64,000 nucleotides of DNA. Origin: Promethearchaeota archaeon (GTDB lineage Archaea > Asgardarchaeota > Lokiarchaeia > Sigyniarchaeales > SOKP01). The stretch lies in assembly GCA_029838195.1 (NCBI GenBank), contig JALGVJ010000007.1:32001-96000 (forward strand). Direction: 5' to 3'. A program made the translations under genes and the position numbers. Below, one piece after another: positions 19,900 through 30,289 of the stretch; position 1 is the stretch's first letter; every line of letters starts with the position of its first letter. The notes beneath the pieces are model-generated. The model saw only the letters and a list, made by a program, of their open reading frames with translations. It had not been told where the DNA came from and ran no database searches.

Positions 19900-20502
19900 T
19901 AATGGTCCTTTTTTTACTACTTTTTTCTCTTCCGAGATTTAGACCCCCTTCAATCCCATCTTACTTAATTTTAAATTTAATTTTAAGTAAATTTACTTTG
20001 AAATTTCAATAATAATTTTAATTAATACATTAGAAAATGTATAAATTACATATTTAAAAGTTATGGAAGAATTCACTAATTTCCATTAATAGGAATGAGA
20101 TATAAATAATAATTATTTTAGTAATTTAAAAATTAAATTGGATTTATTAAAATGAAAATTTTTATATTTTCATGTTTTTAATCATATTGATAAAAGTAAA
20201 ACCTTATTATTTTAAGACTTTTTCTTCCAATGGAATTAATTTCTTAAAAATGTATTTAAATCATTATTATACGGGATAAAAAAGTTTTTATAAATTCATG
20301 ATTTAAAAGTAAGGAACAAACAAGAAAACATTGTTTAATTAAAAATAATCCATTTTTACTTTAAGGAAGATCAATAGAAAAATTAAATATAAATATTCAC
20401 GAGATCATTTTCTTAAATAAGAACAGTATTATTATGATTAAAAAATAAAACCTATAATGCTTGATAAGCAAGCATTGAAAATAGTAAATAAGGAAAATAA
20501 TC

Positions 20503-21486
20503 TTGATTGTCAGCGAAATAAACATTAAACTCGTGATTTTCGGGTTAGGAGGAGTTGGAAAAACGTCAATCGTGAATAGCTTCTTAGGACAGCAGATATC
20601 TACCAAATATTTTCCCACAATAGGGTCGAGCATTTCAAAAAAAGAATATAGATTGCCTAAGCATCTCATTCGCGTGAATATTTGGGATATTGGTGGCCAG
20701 AGAGCATTCAATCCCCTAAATCCCGTATTTTTTACCAATAATGATGCGGCATTTTTAGTTTTTGACCTATCCAATTCTGAAGAATCCATTAAGGAATTAA
20801 GGGACGTGTATTTACCGAGTTTAGTTGAAAAATCTGAAAACTGCATTATATTAGTGTTAGGAAATAAATTAGATTTAATTACGAATGATGAGGAGTTAAG
20901 GAAGGTCACGCGAGAGAATGAGATTCACAGTCTGCCGCTTGCTTATGTTTCTGCTTTAGAGAATAAAAATATCAAGGAAGTATTCGAGCTCATTGTGTAT
21001 AATGTCTTATTAGATATTGAGAGCATGCGCCCTTCTAAAAAGATCGCGGGAGTTGCCGAAGCGTTTTTAACTCATATCGGAAAGAAAAAAGAAGATTTAG
21101 AACGCGTGTTAATCAATAAAGGAGAGGTAGATACCTTAAATTTGGAAGACATAACTGTATCAAAAGAAGAGGAGGTTGCTGTAGGCACGGGTGAAGATTT
21201 GATTCCCTTTGAAATAGAACGGGTTCCACCTGCTCGGCCACTTCGGGAAGATATTGCTGATAGGCTTGATGAGTATCTAGAGAAGTTACTTGAATACAAT
21301 ACCAAAATGCTGAATTGGATAAAAGACAAGGTTTTAAATTTAAAAAAAACACCGATTGATCAGTTAGATCAATTAATTGACATGACGGCAAATGAAGTAG
21401 AATCGTTTAAAGATGATTTTGAACATCACGTAAAAAAAATATTTAAACCGGAAGAAGTAGAGGAAATGGAAGCCAAAAGTGAATGA
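20503..21486 (+). CDS. Rab/Ras-like small GTPase with acidic linker and C-terminal helical hairpin
   Basis: G1 GLGGVGKTS, G2 PTIG, G3 WDIGGQ, G4 NKLD, G5 SAL. TTG start. Confidence 0.92.
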   Translation: MIVSEINIKLVIFGLGGVGKTSIVNSFLGQQISTKYFPTIGSSISKKEYRLPKHLIRVNIWDIGGQRAFNPLNPVFFTNNDAAFLVFDLSNSEESIKELRDVYLPSLVEKSENCIILVLGNKLDLITNDEELRKVTRENEIHSLPLAYVSALENKNIKEVFELIVYNVLLDIESMRPSKKIAGVAEAFLTHIGKKKEDLERVLINKGEVDTLNLEDITVSKEEEVAVGTGEDLIPFEIERVPPARPLREDIADRLDEYLEKLLEYNTKMLNWIKDKVLNLKKTPIDQLDQLIDMTANEVESFKDDFEHHVKKIFKPEEVEEMEAKSE

Positions 21487-21515
21487 ATAATAATTATTTA
21501 AGAGCGTGATAAAAA

Positions 21516-21725
21516 ATAGTAAGCAAACAAGAAACACGCAAGAAGAGCCAAGAAATAGTGGAACATTTCGTGAAAAATCTGGATGCCGTTAAAGAATCCA
21601 TCATGAAATTAAGCACTCAACCGGTCGATAATATCATCAATGCGATTGAAGAAACTTCAAAAAAATTATCTTTAATGGAAAAAGAATTTTCGAAAGATTA
21701 TTTTTCCTTAACTCAAGAAAAATAA
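21516..21725 (+). CDS. Small unannotated helical protein paralogous to the C-terminal domain of the upstream GTPase
   Basis: Open frame IVSKQETRKKSQEIVEHFVKNLDAVKESIMKLSTQPVDNIINAIEETSKKLSLMEKEFSKDYFSLTQEK*. Start is ATA 21516 after GTGA, or GTG 21558. Confidence 0.65.
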   Translation: MVSKQETRKKSQEIVEHFVKNLDAVKESIMKLSTQPVDNIINAIEETSKKLSLMEKEFSKDYFSLTQEK

Positions 21726-21783
21726 GGACCTAATGAAGATAAATCCAATAGCTAGCTTCATATAAAGATTTGAGGGAATAAAA

Positions 21784-22431
21784 ATGTTTAAAAAAAAATT
21801 GACTGAAGTATCCGTTAAAGATTTCGAAAAAGTAATTGAGAAAGTAGAAGATCTAGATAAAAAATTTCTCGAAAGAAAAATTGTAATCGATGACCAACTT
21901 GAACGCATTCAAAATGAACTGGCCGAAATAAAAGAATTATTCGCCTTGAATAAAAAATTAGTAGAGAAAGATAAAGGATATGAGGACAGGATTGCTAATT
22001 TAAGGGCAGAAATAGATGAAATTAAAACTCAGCTCGTTCAAAATCACCAAGATATAGAAGATCATATCAAGACGCAAGAAGAAATAATCGTGAGCTTGGT
22101 AAATAAGTTTAATGACCAATCCTTATCTAAATTCAACCAAATAACTGCTGAATTGGAAGAATTAAAAGACCAGCAAGATGTATTGAGAATTTCTTACACG
22201 ATTAATGAAAAAAAATTAATGGAGAAGATAAAAGAAACGGTTTCTGAGGAAATACATAAAGCTGTACGGGAAAAAGAAAAAGAAATATTAATGAATCTCT
22301 GGATTCGAGAGTTAAGAGAGATTCTTTCTAATTTCGAAAAACTAAAACAAGCACAACCAAAAGAATTTCTCATTCAAATTAATCAAATTGCAGACACCAT
22401 CGAGTCTTTCAAGAAAAAACTCGAAGCATGA
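21784..22431 (+). CDS. Coiled-coil protein
   Basis: Continuous heptad pattern over ~200 aa; GAGGGA RBS. Confidence 0.75.
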   Translation: MFKKKLTEVSVKDFEKVIEKVEDLDKKFLERKIVIDDQLERIQNELAEIKELFALNKKLVEKDKGYEDRIANLRAEIDEIKTQLVQNHQDIEDHIKTQEEIIVSLVNKFNDQSLSKFNQITAELEELKDQQDVLRISYTINEKKLMEKIKETVSEEIHKAVREKEKEILMNLWIRELREILSNFEKLKQAQPKEFLIQINQIADTIESFKKKLEA

Positions 22432-22483
22432 AATTTTCTTTTTCACGATCCAATAAAATTAGAAAGAAAAAAGAAGTTAACTT

Positions 22484-23626
22484 TTAGTTTTTTATTTTGG
22501 GGGGCGGAATATAGACCCTTCGAGGTTTTTCTAATAAACCAATTGCTCCTTCAGGACAAAAATGAGCACAGATTCCGCATCCTAAGCATAGGCTTTCATC
22601 CACGCTTGCTATATTTTTCTCATTTATTTCAATAGCATTTATGGGACATTTTTCAACGCATGTTCCACAAGCCTTACAGAGCTCAGGATTAACGGATGAT
22701 AAATAATTAGTCCAGCTTATTAGAGCCGTCATTCCCATTCGCCACCATTCGAATTCCCCGCAACAATCTCCGCAACAATTGCAAAGAGAAGTTTCAGTAC
22801 GATGTATATCCGAATGAGGATGAAAAGCTTTATGGATTAAACCGGCTTCTTCAGTTTTTTTCAAGATTTCTAAAGCTTCCTCCTTGGAGATCATGCGGGC
22901 GAAACCTTGTTCCGCACAGAATCTTGCAGATTTTCCAAAAGTAAAACAAGTTTCTCTTAGATCGGTAATTTTACAAGGTTCACTTAATAAATCTTTATGT
23001 TGTCTGCAGAAACAATGTCCAACTGCGATATCATCGAATTTTTGGATAATTTCTTCTACTTTTACTGTGGGCATTACTTGCCCTTCGGGGACTTCAATGC
23101 TTTCCTCTACTTTTATTTCTATTTCTTTTCCATCCACGGTTTTATTTAAGATTGGCACGGTTCTATCGAAAGGGGGCATTTTTTCGAACATTGGAACAAT
23201 TGTATCATAACCATTTTGAATGAATTCCGCCAACTCGTCAAATAACTTGGAAAATAATCGTGCTAATTTTTTCTCTTCTTCAGTGAATTTAATAGGCTTC
23301 ATTAAAAGATACTCAAAAAGGCCGACCATCACTAGCGGCATTAACCGATAGACCATGACGCCTTGCGAGTTGGGTTGATTAAAGATTAATCCTACTTTTG
23401 CCAAGGAATTCACGTGTTTCAAGATTTCTTCTTCTGACATTTTAGTGCTCTTTTTCAATTGGTCCATGGTCTGCGATACCTTTCTCCGAAACGCTATGAT
23501 AAAATCCAAATCATCTTCATTAATCGTCATTTGAAGTATTTCCAAGAGCGTATCGTTTATGGGAAAAGGGAATTGACCCGCATTAATTATTACTCTTGCG
23601 GCTTTTTTATATTTTTCTAATGACAT
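22484..23626 (-). CDS. Fe-S protein (HTH-like + Cys-rich + 2x[4Fe-4S]), paralog of 1049-2152
   Basis: GHCFCR, LCNCCGDCC, CKACGTCVEKCP, CLGCGICAHFCP. Confidence 0.85.
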   Translation of the reverse strand: MSLEKYKKAARVIINAGQFPFPINDTLLEILQMTINEDDLDFIIAFRRKVSQTMDQLKKSTKMSEEEILKHVNSLAKVGLIFNQPNSQGVMVYRLMPLVMVGLFEYLLMKPIKFTEEEKKLARLFSKLFDELAEFIQNGYDTIVPMFEKMPPFDRTVPILNKTVDGKEIEIKVEESIEVPEGQVMPTVKVEEIIQKFDDIAVGHCFCRQHKDLLSEPCKITDLRETCFTFGKSARFCAEQGFARMISKEEALEILKKTEEAGLIHKAFHPHSDIHRTETSLCNCCGDCCGEFEWWRMGMTALISWTNYLSSVNPELCKACGTCVEKCPINAIEINEKNIASVDESLCLGCGICAHFCPEGAIGLLEKPRRVYIPPPKIKN

Positions 23627-23762
23627 GTTGAGTTTTGTTTAAAGTAATTTTAGGATTAAGTGATCAAAATTGTTCATTTCGTTATAAAATTTAACTTTTA
23701 CTAAGTCATTATATACAAGAAACAATCAAGAAAAGTTTTTTTTAAACCTTTTGAAGTTAAAT

Positions 23763-23775
23763 TCCTAAATTAGGA
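23763..23775. promoter_or_regulatory. Palindrome TCCTAA-A-TTAGGA, candidate operator in the divergent promoter region
   Basis: Perfect 6-bp arms plus an extra TCCTAA half-site at 23782-23787. Confidence 0.35.
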
Positions 23776-23849
23776 TAAATTTCCTAATTTTCGTGTCGTA
23801 AAAGAATATATAAGATGGGGATATAATATTCTTTAAACAAGGTGAAAAT

Positions 23850-24008
23850 ATGGAAGAATTTGAAAATAAACCGGATTATGCAAAGCCTGAGGAAATACAT
23901 GGGGCAATTGGAAAAATATTATGGGGTAAAAAAGGAAAGAAATTTACCATGGGCAAATTAATAATGGGGTTCTTGAAAAAACGAATTTTCGGAGGGAAGA
24001 GGAAATAA
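23850..24008 (+). CDS. Small basic 52-aa protein translationally coupled to the corrinoid protein
   Basis: GGTGA RBS, ATG 23850, MEEFENKPDYAKPEEIHGAIGKILWGKKGKKFTMGKLIMGFLKKRIFGGKRK*; stop overlaps the next ATG (TAATG). Confidence 0.7.
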   Translation: MEEFENKPDYAKPEEIHGAIGKILWGKKGKKFTMGKLIMGFLKKRIFGGKRK

Positions 24009-24652
24009 TGAGTCTAAAAGAAGATTTATTAAGCGCCGTGATTGAATTAGATGAGGATAGATCGTATGATTTAGTCAAGAAAATGTTAGATAAGCAAACA
24101 GATCCTAAAGAGATCATTGAAATTTTAAGAAGAGCCGTTGAAATAATCGGAGAAAAATTCAATAAAAAAGAGTATTTTTTAACGGAATTAGTCATGGCGG
24201 GAGAAATCTTTCAGCAAGCAGCAAAGATTCTTGAACCTGCTTTAAAAAAAGGAGAAGAAGGCGAGAAATCTAGAGGAATTGTCGTCATGGGCACCGTGCA
24301 GGGTGATGTTCACGATATTGGAAAAAATATTTTTGTGACGCTTTTAAGATCAGCAGGTTATGAGGTCCATGACCTTGGAGTTGATGTTCTTCCCGAAAAA
24401 TTCATTGAGAAGGTAAAAGAAACCCATGCTAACGTTGTTGGGTATTCCGGGCTTCTCACGGTTGCGTTAGACGCCATGAAAGAGACTACCCAGGCGCTTA
24501 TTAATGAGGGCTTGCGAGATAAAGTTAAAATCATCATTGGCGGGTTTCCCGTTGACGAAATGTGGATGAAAGAGGCCATGGCTGACGCATTTACTGATAA
24601 TGCTTTTGAAGGTGTTAAAATCGTGAATAATTGGTTAAAGGAGGGAACTTAA
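24008..24652 (+). CDS. Corrinoid (cobalamin-binding) methyl-carrier protein, MtaC/MtbC-like
   Basis: Cap domain plus GTVQGDVHDIGKN (DxHxxG), SGLLT, IIGG. Confidence 0.95.
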   Translation: MSLKEDLLSAVIELDEDRSYDLVKKMLDKQTDPKEIIEILRRAVEIIGEKFNKKEYFLTELVMAGEIFQQAAKILEPALKKGEEGEKSRGIVVMGTVQGDVHDIGKNIFVTLLRSAGYEVHDLGVDVLPEKFIEKVKETHANVVGYSGLLTVALDAMKETTQALINEGLRDKVKIIIGGFPVDEMWMKEAMADAFTDNAFEGVKIVNNWLKEGT

Positions 24653-24653
24653 A

Positions 24654-25805
24654 ATGAGCCCTATCCAAGAAGAAGCCATGACCTCGGTAGAACGGGTCAT
24701 GACGGCTTTAAAATTGAAAGAAGCTGATAGAGTGCCTGTTTGGCCTCTTATCGATTTCCTTCAGGTCCAGTATTATGATATAACGGCTCAAGAAATGATT
24801 GAAAATCCTGAAAAAGCTCAAGCCGCAATGGAATGGATCTATAATGAAATGGGTGGCTTTGATATTGCAATGGCTGGAGGGGGAATGTTCATGCAATATT
24901 TCAATCCATTTCCTGACTTTTTTTCCATATTCTATCTCGATTGGAGATTACCCGGCCGAATGCTTCCTGTAAATGCCTCACCTCAACTATATGAAAGAGC
25001 CTTAGATGATCCTCTTTTAAAACCGGAAGATTATGATAGAATATTAAATGAGGGCTTATTTTGGCTTGCCAACTTCAATAGAGCGGGATTTAAGGATTTA
25101 ATGACAATTCCGAAAATTGCACCTAAGGTTGCCGAAAATACCGTGAAATGGTGGACTCATTTTAAAGTACCTACTTTTAATGATGGTGCAGCTATTACTC
25201 CTTTTGATTTATTATCGGTTTTTCGAGGATCGACCAATTTCATGAAAGATATTTATCGCCACGCAGATAAAATAATCGAAGTGAGTGATTTTTTAATTGA
25301 CAACGTGATTCTCATGGGAGAATATGGTCCCAGCCAAATGGGGGGAAAAACGATATTAATTGGGGGTGCAAGAGGAAGTGCTGATTTTATTTCAATAAAG
25401 CATTTCGAAAAGTTATTCTGGCCATATTTTAAGAAAATGGTAAGCACATACGTCAAGAAGGGATACATTGTTCAACTTCACATGGATACCAACTGGACGG
25501 ACAGGCTCCATTATTTCAAGGAGCTTCCAAAAGGAAAGATTTATCTTCATATTGATGAGAGAACGGATATTTTTAAGGCAAAGGAGATTTTAGGAGATCA
25601 CATGTGCATCGAAGGAAATTTAAAACCGTCGCTATTTCGGTTGGGCACGCCGCATCAGATAGAAGAAGAAACAAAAAAAATCATTGAGGGATGTGCGGAT
25701 GGCGGTGGCTTGATGGTTGGTTCGGAGATTCCTGATGATGCAAAATTGGAGAATCTAAAAGCGATGATTGATACATGTAAAACTTACGGACAGTATAGGA
25801 AATAA
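24654..25805 (+). CDS. Uroporphyrinogen-decarboxylase-fold methyltransferase (MtaA/CmuA-like)
   Basis: TSVERV..ALK..EADRVP, FEKLFWPY, AKEILGDHMCIEGN; adjacent to the corrinoid protein. Confidence 0.85.
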   Translation: MSPIQEEAMTSVERVMTALKLKEADRVPVWPLIDFLQVQYYDITAQEMIENPEKAQAAMEWIYNEMGGFDIAMAGGGMFMQYFNPFPDFFSIFYLDWRLPGRMLPVNASPQLYERALDDPLLKPEDYDRILNEGLFWLANFNRAGFKDLMTIPKIAPKVAENTVKWWTHFKVPTFNDGAAITPFDLLSVFRGSTNFMKDIYRHADKIIEVSDFLIDNVILMGEYGPSQMGGKTILIGGARGSADFISIKHFEKLFWPYFKKMVSTYVKKGYIVQLHMDTNWTDRLHYFKELPKGKIYLHIDERTDIFKAKEILGDHMCIEGNLKPSLFRLGTPHQIEEETKKIIEGCADGGGLMVGSEIPDDAKLENLKAMIDTCKTYGQYRK

Positions 25806-26044
25806 AAGCAAATTAGCATCATAATATAATAATAATTTTTTCTTTTTCCTTGGATATTTATTATTTAAACACTGATAGGGGTTTAAAATTTAGAACAATA
25901 AATTGAAGTAGCTAAGAAGAAATAGACTAATGGGAATTAGCCGATTTCTTTAGCACTAATTATTTATTCTTATTCCACGCATAATTTTATAATGAAAACG
26001 TGATTAACGAAATTTAATATTAATTGAAAAAAGGAGAAATATCA

Positions 26045-26833
26045 TTGCCTTATCTTGACAATAATGGGATTAAGATATATTATGAGATTCATGGAAGCGG
26101 GCCGGACTTGCTATTGATTCATGGTTTTGCCTCTAATATGGAAAATAATTGGAAATCTACGAATTGGGTCAAGACTTTAAAAGATAATTATCGTTTAATC
26201 TTAATAGATAATAGAGGCCATGGAAAAAGTGATAAACCGTTGGATCCTAACTATTATGGGAATCACATGATTGAAGATATTATCGGACTAATGGACCATT
26301 TATCTATTAAGCGAGCGAATTTTTTTGGATATTCCATGGGAGCCCGTTTGACATTAAAAATAATCATTGAACATCCAGAAAGAGTCAAATCTGCTATTTT
26401 AGGAGGATTTTCAATTCCTTCTCCGGAAAATCCTCATGTTCAAGCGTTAAATTCCATAATAGTAGAAGCGCTGAGAGCTAAGAGCGTGGATGACGTTAAG
26501 CATCCTATTGGGCAACAATTTCGAAGATTTGCTGAATCAACGGGTGAAAATTTATTAGCATTAGCAGCAGTAGTAGAAAGTTTTGGAAGAGAAGTGGACC
26601 CTAATTTTAGTTCCATGACCAAAATTAAAAAAACTTTAAAAAAAATTAGGGTACCCATTCTCTCTGTTTGCGGTTCTGATGACTTGTTATTGCAGAACAA
26701 GACGTTATTTGCTGAGCTCATTCCTGGAGCGTGTCATTTTCAAATTCAAGGGAAAGATCATTTAACGGTTGTTCTGGATCCCAGATTTCATTTAATTGTA
26801 AAAACTTTTTTAAATTATATCAATAGAAAGTAG
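26045..26833 (+). CDS. Alpha/beta hydrolase
   Basis: HGF, DNRGHGKS, GYSMG nucleophile elbow, C-terminal His (KDH). TTG 26045 follows GGAG; the ORF track starts at 26024. Confidence 0.9.
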   Translation: MPYLDNNGIKIYYEIHGSGPDLLLIHGFASNMENNWKSTNWVKTLKDNYRLILIDNRGHGKSDKPLDPNYYGNHMIEDIIGLMDHLSIKRANFFGYSMGARLTLKIIIEHPERVKSAILGGFSIPSPENPHVQALNSIIVEALRAKSVDDVKHPIGQQFRRFAESTGENLLALAAVVESFGREVDPNFSSMTKIKKTLKKIRVPILSVCGSDDLLLQNKTLFAELIPGACHFQIQGKDHLTVVLDPRFHLIVKTFLNYINRK

Positions 26834-26851
26834 CAAGGGGAGGAATATAAA

Positions 26852-28084
26852 ATGGAATCAAAAAAGAATAAAAATGAAGAAAGAAATATTAGTTCAATCA
26901 AGGTATTAGGACAAAAAGAAGTAGTTTTCAATGAACCAATTAAAGGTGTTCATTGTGCAATTCAAATCATTTCTGGATGCGCCTGGATTGAAACTACGGA
27001 GGGCATCGTATTAATCGATACTTTATTAACCATAGATGCAGCAAAAAAGGTGCTCGAGAAAATTAAAGGAAAAATAAAGTACATTATATACACGCATGGG
27101 CATCAAGATCATGTGGGAGGGGCTCGTGCGTTTCTTTCTTCCCATGAACCAGAAATCATTGCTAATAAATATCTTGTTGATAGACTTGATAAATATAAAA
27201 TATTAGCTCCTTATCGAGCAAGAATTAGTGCCCAACAGTTTGGCATTCCGGAACAGCCCGTTATATATAATTACGTGTATCCTACGAAAACTTTCTTAGG
27301 AGAAATGAAATTTAAATTAGGTGATAAAACATTTGAACTTTATACAGAGCGGGCAGAAACCGATGATGCTTGTTGGGTATACGTTCCGGAGTTGGAAGCT
27401 GCATTTGTCGGGGATTTATTAATAGGAAGTTTTCCTAATATCGGCAATCCTTGGAAGCCCACGCGCTTCGCTTTGGACTGGGTAAAAGCATTAGAAAGAG
27501 TACGATCTAAAAATCCAAAATATATTTTCTATAGTGGAGCCGGAAATCATTATAAGGGAAAAAGAGCCATGAAAGCGTTAGATCACACGATTGAAGCGAT
27601 AAAAATCTTACACGATCAAGTCGTGGACATGATAAACCAAGATATTCCTTTAACTGAAATGATTCATCAAATCAAACTTCCGGAACATCTTGAAAATAGT
27701 CCATTTCTTCGGCAGAGATATTCCCGTCCCGAATTTTTTGTATATAATGTTTATAGATGGTATCACGGCTATTTTGACGGAAATCCGGCCCACCTTCTTC
27801 CAAGACCGGAACGAGAAGTGATGAATGAGATATATTCCCTGATAGGGAATCCTCGTAAAATTTTAGAACGGGCAAGAAGTTTACATGAGCAAGGACAAAC
27901 CCAATTAGCCCTTCAAATTTTAGACATATTAATTCAAGCCATACCTGATCATTTGGAAGCCCGAAAAATGAGGATGGATTTCTTGAAACAATTAAGGAAG
28001 GAAGATTATTGCTTGATGTCTCGCAACACATGGGTATATTTCATGAAAAAAGATAAAGAGTTTATAGAGAAACATTCCTCATGA
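26852..28084 (+). CDS. Metallo-beta-lactamase-fold alkyl/aryl sulfatase-like protein
   Basis: THGHQDH, FPNIGNP, YHGYFDGNPAHL dimerisation-domain motif. Confidence 0.85.
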   Translation: MESKKNKNEERNISSIKVLGQKEVVFNEPIKGVHCAIQIISGCAWIETTEGIVLIDTLLTIDAAKKVLEKIKGKIKYIIYTHGHQDHVGGARAFLSSHEPEIIANKYLVDRLDKYKILAPYRARISAQQFGIPEQPVIYNYVYPTKTFLGEMKFKLGDKTFELYTERAETDDACWVYVPELEAAFVGDLLIGSFPNIGNPWKPTRFALDWVKALERVRSKNPKYIFYSGAGNHYKGKRAMKALDHTIEAIKILHDQVVDMINQDIPLTEMIHQIKLPEHLENSPFLRQRYSRPEFFVYNVYRWYHGYFDGNPAHLLPRPEREVMNEIYSLIGNPRKILERARSLHEQGQTQLALQILDILIQAIPDHLEARKMRMDFLKQLRKEDYCLMSRNTWVYFMKKDKEFIEKHSS

Positions 28085-28175
28085 ATAATTAACGATTAAT
28101 AATTAATATTAAAATAAATTGAACCATGACATTCATTAATACCAGCGATTAATATTTACATTTAATAGAAGGATC

Positions 28176-29498
28176 ATGACAAAAGTTTTAATTGTAGGAC
28201 ACGGTGCAAGAGAACATGTAATTGGAGAATCATTAGTGAAAGGAGGAGCAACATTACATGCTTTCATGAGTTTCAAGAATGCGGGTTTAGAAGATTTAAG
28301 TCAAGGACGCGTAAAGATTCATTCTGAGACGGATTTTAAAGAGATTGGCTCTTATTGCAAGGCTAATCATATTGATTTTGCAGTGATAGGGCCGGAAGCT
28401 CCTCTCTGCGTGGGCATTGTAGACGCTTTAGAAAAAAGGGGCATTCCTTGCGTAGGACCTCGTATTGAAGCAGCACAAATAGAAGGCTCCAAAGTATTCA
28501 TGAGGTCGTTATTAGCTAAATATAATATTCGTTCTAATGTTAAAAGCAAGATGTTTCAATCGTTAGAAGGAGTCAGCGACTATATTGATGAGATGGGAGA
28601 GGAAAATATTGTGGTAAAACCCGAAGGATTAACAGGAGGAAAAGGTGTGAAAGTATATGGAGATCACTTATTTTCTAAAGATGATATTATGAAATATTGT
28701 GAGGAATTGATAGAGAAAAAGAGCAGATTTTTATTAGAGGAGCGCTTGGATGGGGAAGAATTTACTTTACAAACCTTTGTAGATGGTAAGAACGTGATAA
28801 AGACACCCTTAGTACAAGACCATAAGAGGGCGTATGAAAACGATGAGGGACCGAATACAGGAGGCATGGGCTCATATTCCATGGAGAATCATCTCTTACC
28901 GTTCATTTCTGAACAGGATGTATGCCTTGCCCTAGAAGATATGAAACAAGTAGTTCATGCGATAAAGAAAGAGACGGGGATGGAATATAAAGGATTTTTA
29001 TATGGGCAATTCATGAAAACCGCAAATGGGATTAAATTAATTGAATTCAATGCACGCTTAGGAGATCCAGAAGCCATGAATATTTTACCCTTATTAACTA
29101 CAAATTTTGTAGAGATTTGTTGGGGAATCATTCACGGAACTCTCACGTCCCGCGTGAGCTTTGAAAACAAGGCCACTGTTTGTAAATATCTTGCTCCTGA
29201 AGGATATCCGGAATCGCCTAAAAAAGATCAAAAAGTTGAAATCGATCATGAAAAAATAAAACAAATTGGAGCAAGATATTATTATGCTTCCGTCTATAAA
29301 AAAGGCAATGATATTTATTCCACGACCTCAAGAGCAATGGGCGTGCTGGGTATCGCAGAAACTCTAGAAAAAGCGGAGAGAATTGCAGAAGAGGGAGTAC
29401 AATGCATAAAAGGGAATCTATTTCATAGAAAAGACGTGGGAACTCGTGCATTATTACAAAAAAGAATTAATCACATGAATTCCCTCTTGGGGAAATAG
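28176..29498 (+). CDS. purD: Phosphoribosylamine--glycine ligase
   Basis: GHGAREH, IGPEAPL, GGKGV, QDHKRAYENDEGPNTGGMG, EFNARLGDPE. Confidence 0.97.
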   Translation: MTKVLIVGHGAREHVIGESLVKGGATLHAFMSFKNAGLEDLSQGRVKIHSETDFKEIGSYCKANHIDFAVIGPEAPLCVGIVDALEKRGIPCVGPRIEAAQIEGSKVFMRSLLAKYNIRSNVKSKMFQSLEGVSDYIDEMGEENIVVKPEGLTGGKGVKVYGDHLFSKDDIMKYCEELIEKKSRFLLEERLDGEEFTLQTFVDGKNVIKTPLVQDHKRAYENDEGPNTGGMGSYSMENHLLPFISEQDVCLALEDMKQVVHAIKKETGMEYKGFLYGQFMKTANGIKLIEFNARLGDPEAMNILPLLTTNFVEICWGIIHGTLTSRVSFENKATVCKYLAPEGYPESPKKDQKVEIDHEKIKQIGARYYYASVYKKGNDIYSTTSRAMGVLGIAETLEKAERIAEEGVQCIKGNLFHRKDVGTRALLQKRINHMNSLLGK

Positions 29499-29597
29499 CT
29501 CTTGTTTCTTTTTTATAAAATGCTCAAAAATTTAATGTGAAATTATTTTTTATAATAATAAATTTATAATGCGAGCCTTCTGACTAATTCATGAATC

Positions 29598-30107
29598 ATG
29601 TACTATCATAAAAATCAAAATAAACTTTTGAATAATTTATTAAAACAATTATTTCATGAAAAGGATTGGAAAAGTAGAGCTGAGGCCGCTCGACAATTAG
29701 GTTTCCTTAAAGATGGGAGAGCAACAAATCTTTTATGTAGGGCTTTGAATTCTGAAAAAGATCCTAATGTCGTCATGAAAATTATTGAAGCCATGGGAAA
29801 TATAGGCGATCCTAAGGCAACCATGAAGATTATCGAAAAATTAAAAGAAGAATCTGAAAAAGCAATTGTCAATAAATATTTTATCATTAATGCGATTGAA
29901 GCATTGAAAAAATTAAAAGATAAGAGAGCCTTAATCTTTATTGGACATTACATAAATTCCGAGGATGATGAATTAAGAGAAATTGCTAAAAATGCTTTTG
30001 AAATCATTGAGCCTGCAAGAATTATCATTTGCCCGTATTGCTATACAAAAATTGATCTTGATTCCAAATTCTGTAAGGAGTGTGGAGAAAAGTTATTTTT
30101 TAAATAA
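29598..30107 (+). CDS. PBS-lyase-type HEAT-repeat protein with C-terminal zinc ribbon
   Basis: RAEAARQLG and EAMGNIGDPKA repeats; CPYC...FCKECG. Confidence 0.8.
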   Translation: MYYHKNQNKLLNNLLKQLFHEKDWKSRAEAARQLGFLKDGRATNLLCRALNSEKDPNVVMKIIEAMGNIGDPKATMKIIEKLKEESEKAIVNKYFIINAIEALKKLKDKRALIFIGHYINSEDDELREIAKNAFEIIEPARIIICPYCYTKIDLDSKFCKECGEKLFFK

Positions 30108-30289
30108 GATAATTAAATAATATTAGAGCCAAGTAGAAATCTTAACCCTTGAGATTGTTTATATCTTAATTTTTCAGAGAAGACCCCTTTTCTCAAAAAT
30201 AATAATTAATTAATAACTAAATTAAAAAGCCTTCCAGATTCATTTTTAGTATTAAATTTGAAAATAATGCTAACAGAAAGGAAATCTTC

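Noticed and set aside
19900-20500. Long AT-rich spacer as a replication origin
   Set aside because: No ORB-like repeats and no cdc6/orc1 gene nearby.
15713-28084. Selenocysteine read-through at TGA stops (17206, 18778, 21486, 22431, 28084)
   Set aside because: The stops fall at natural C-termini, not at Cys-equivalent positions, and no SECIS was recognised.
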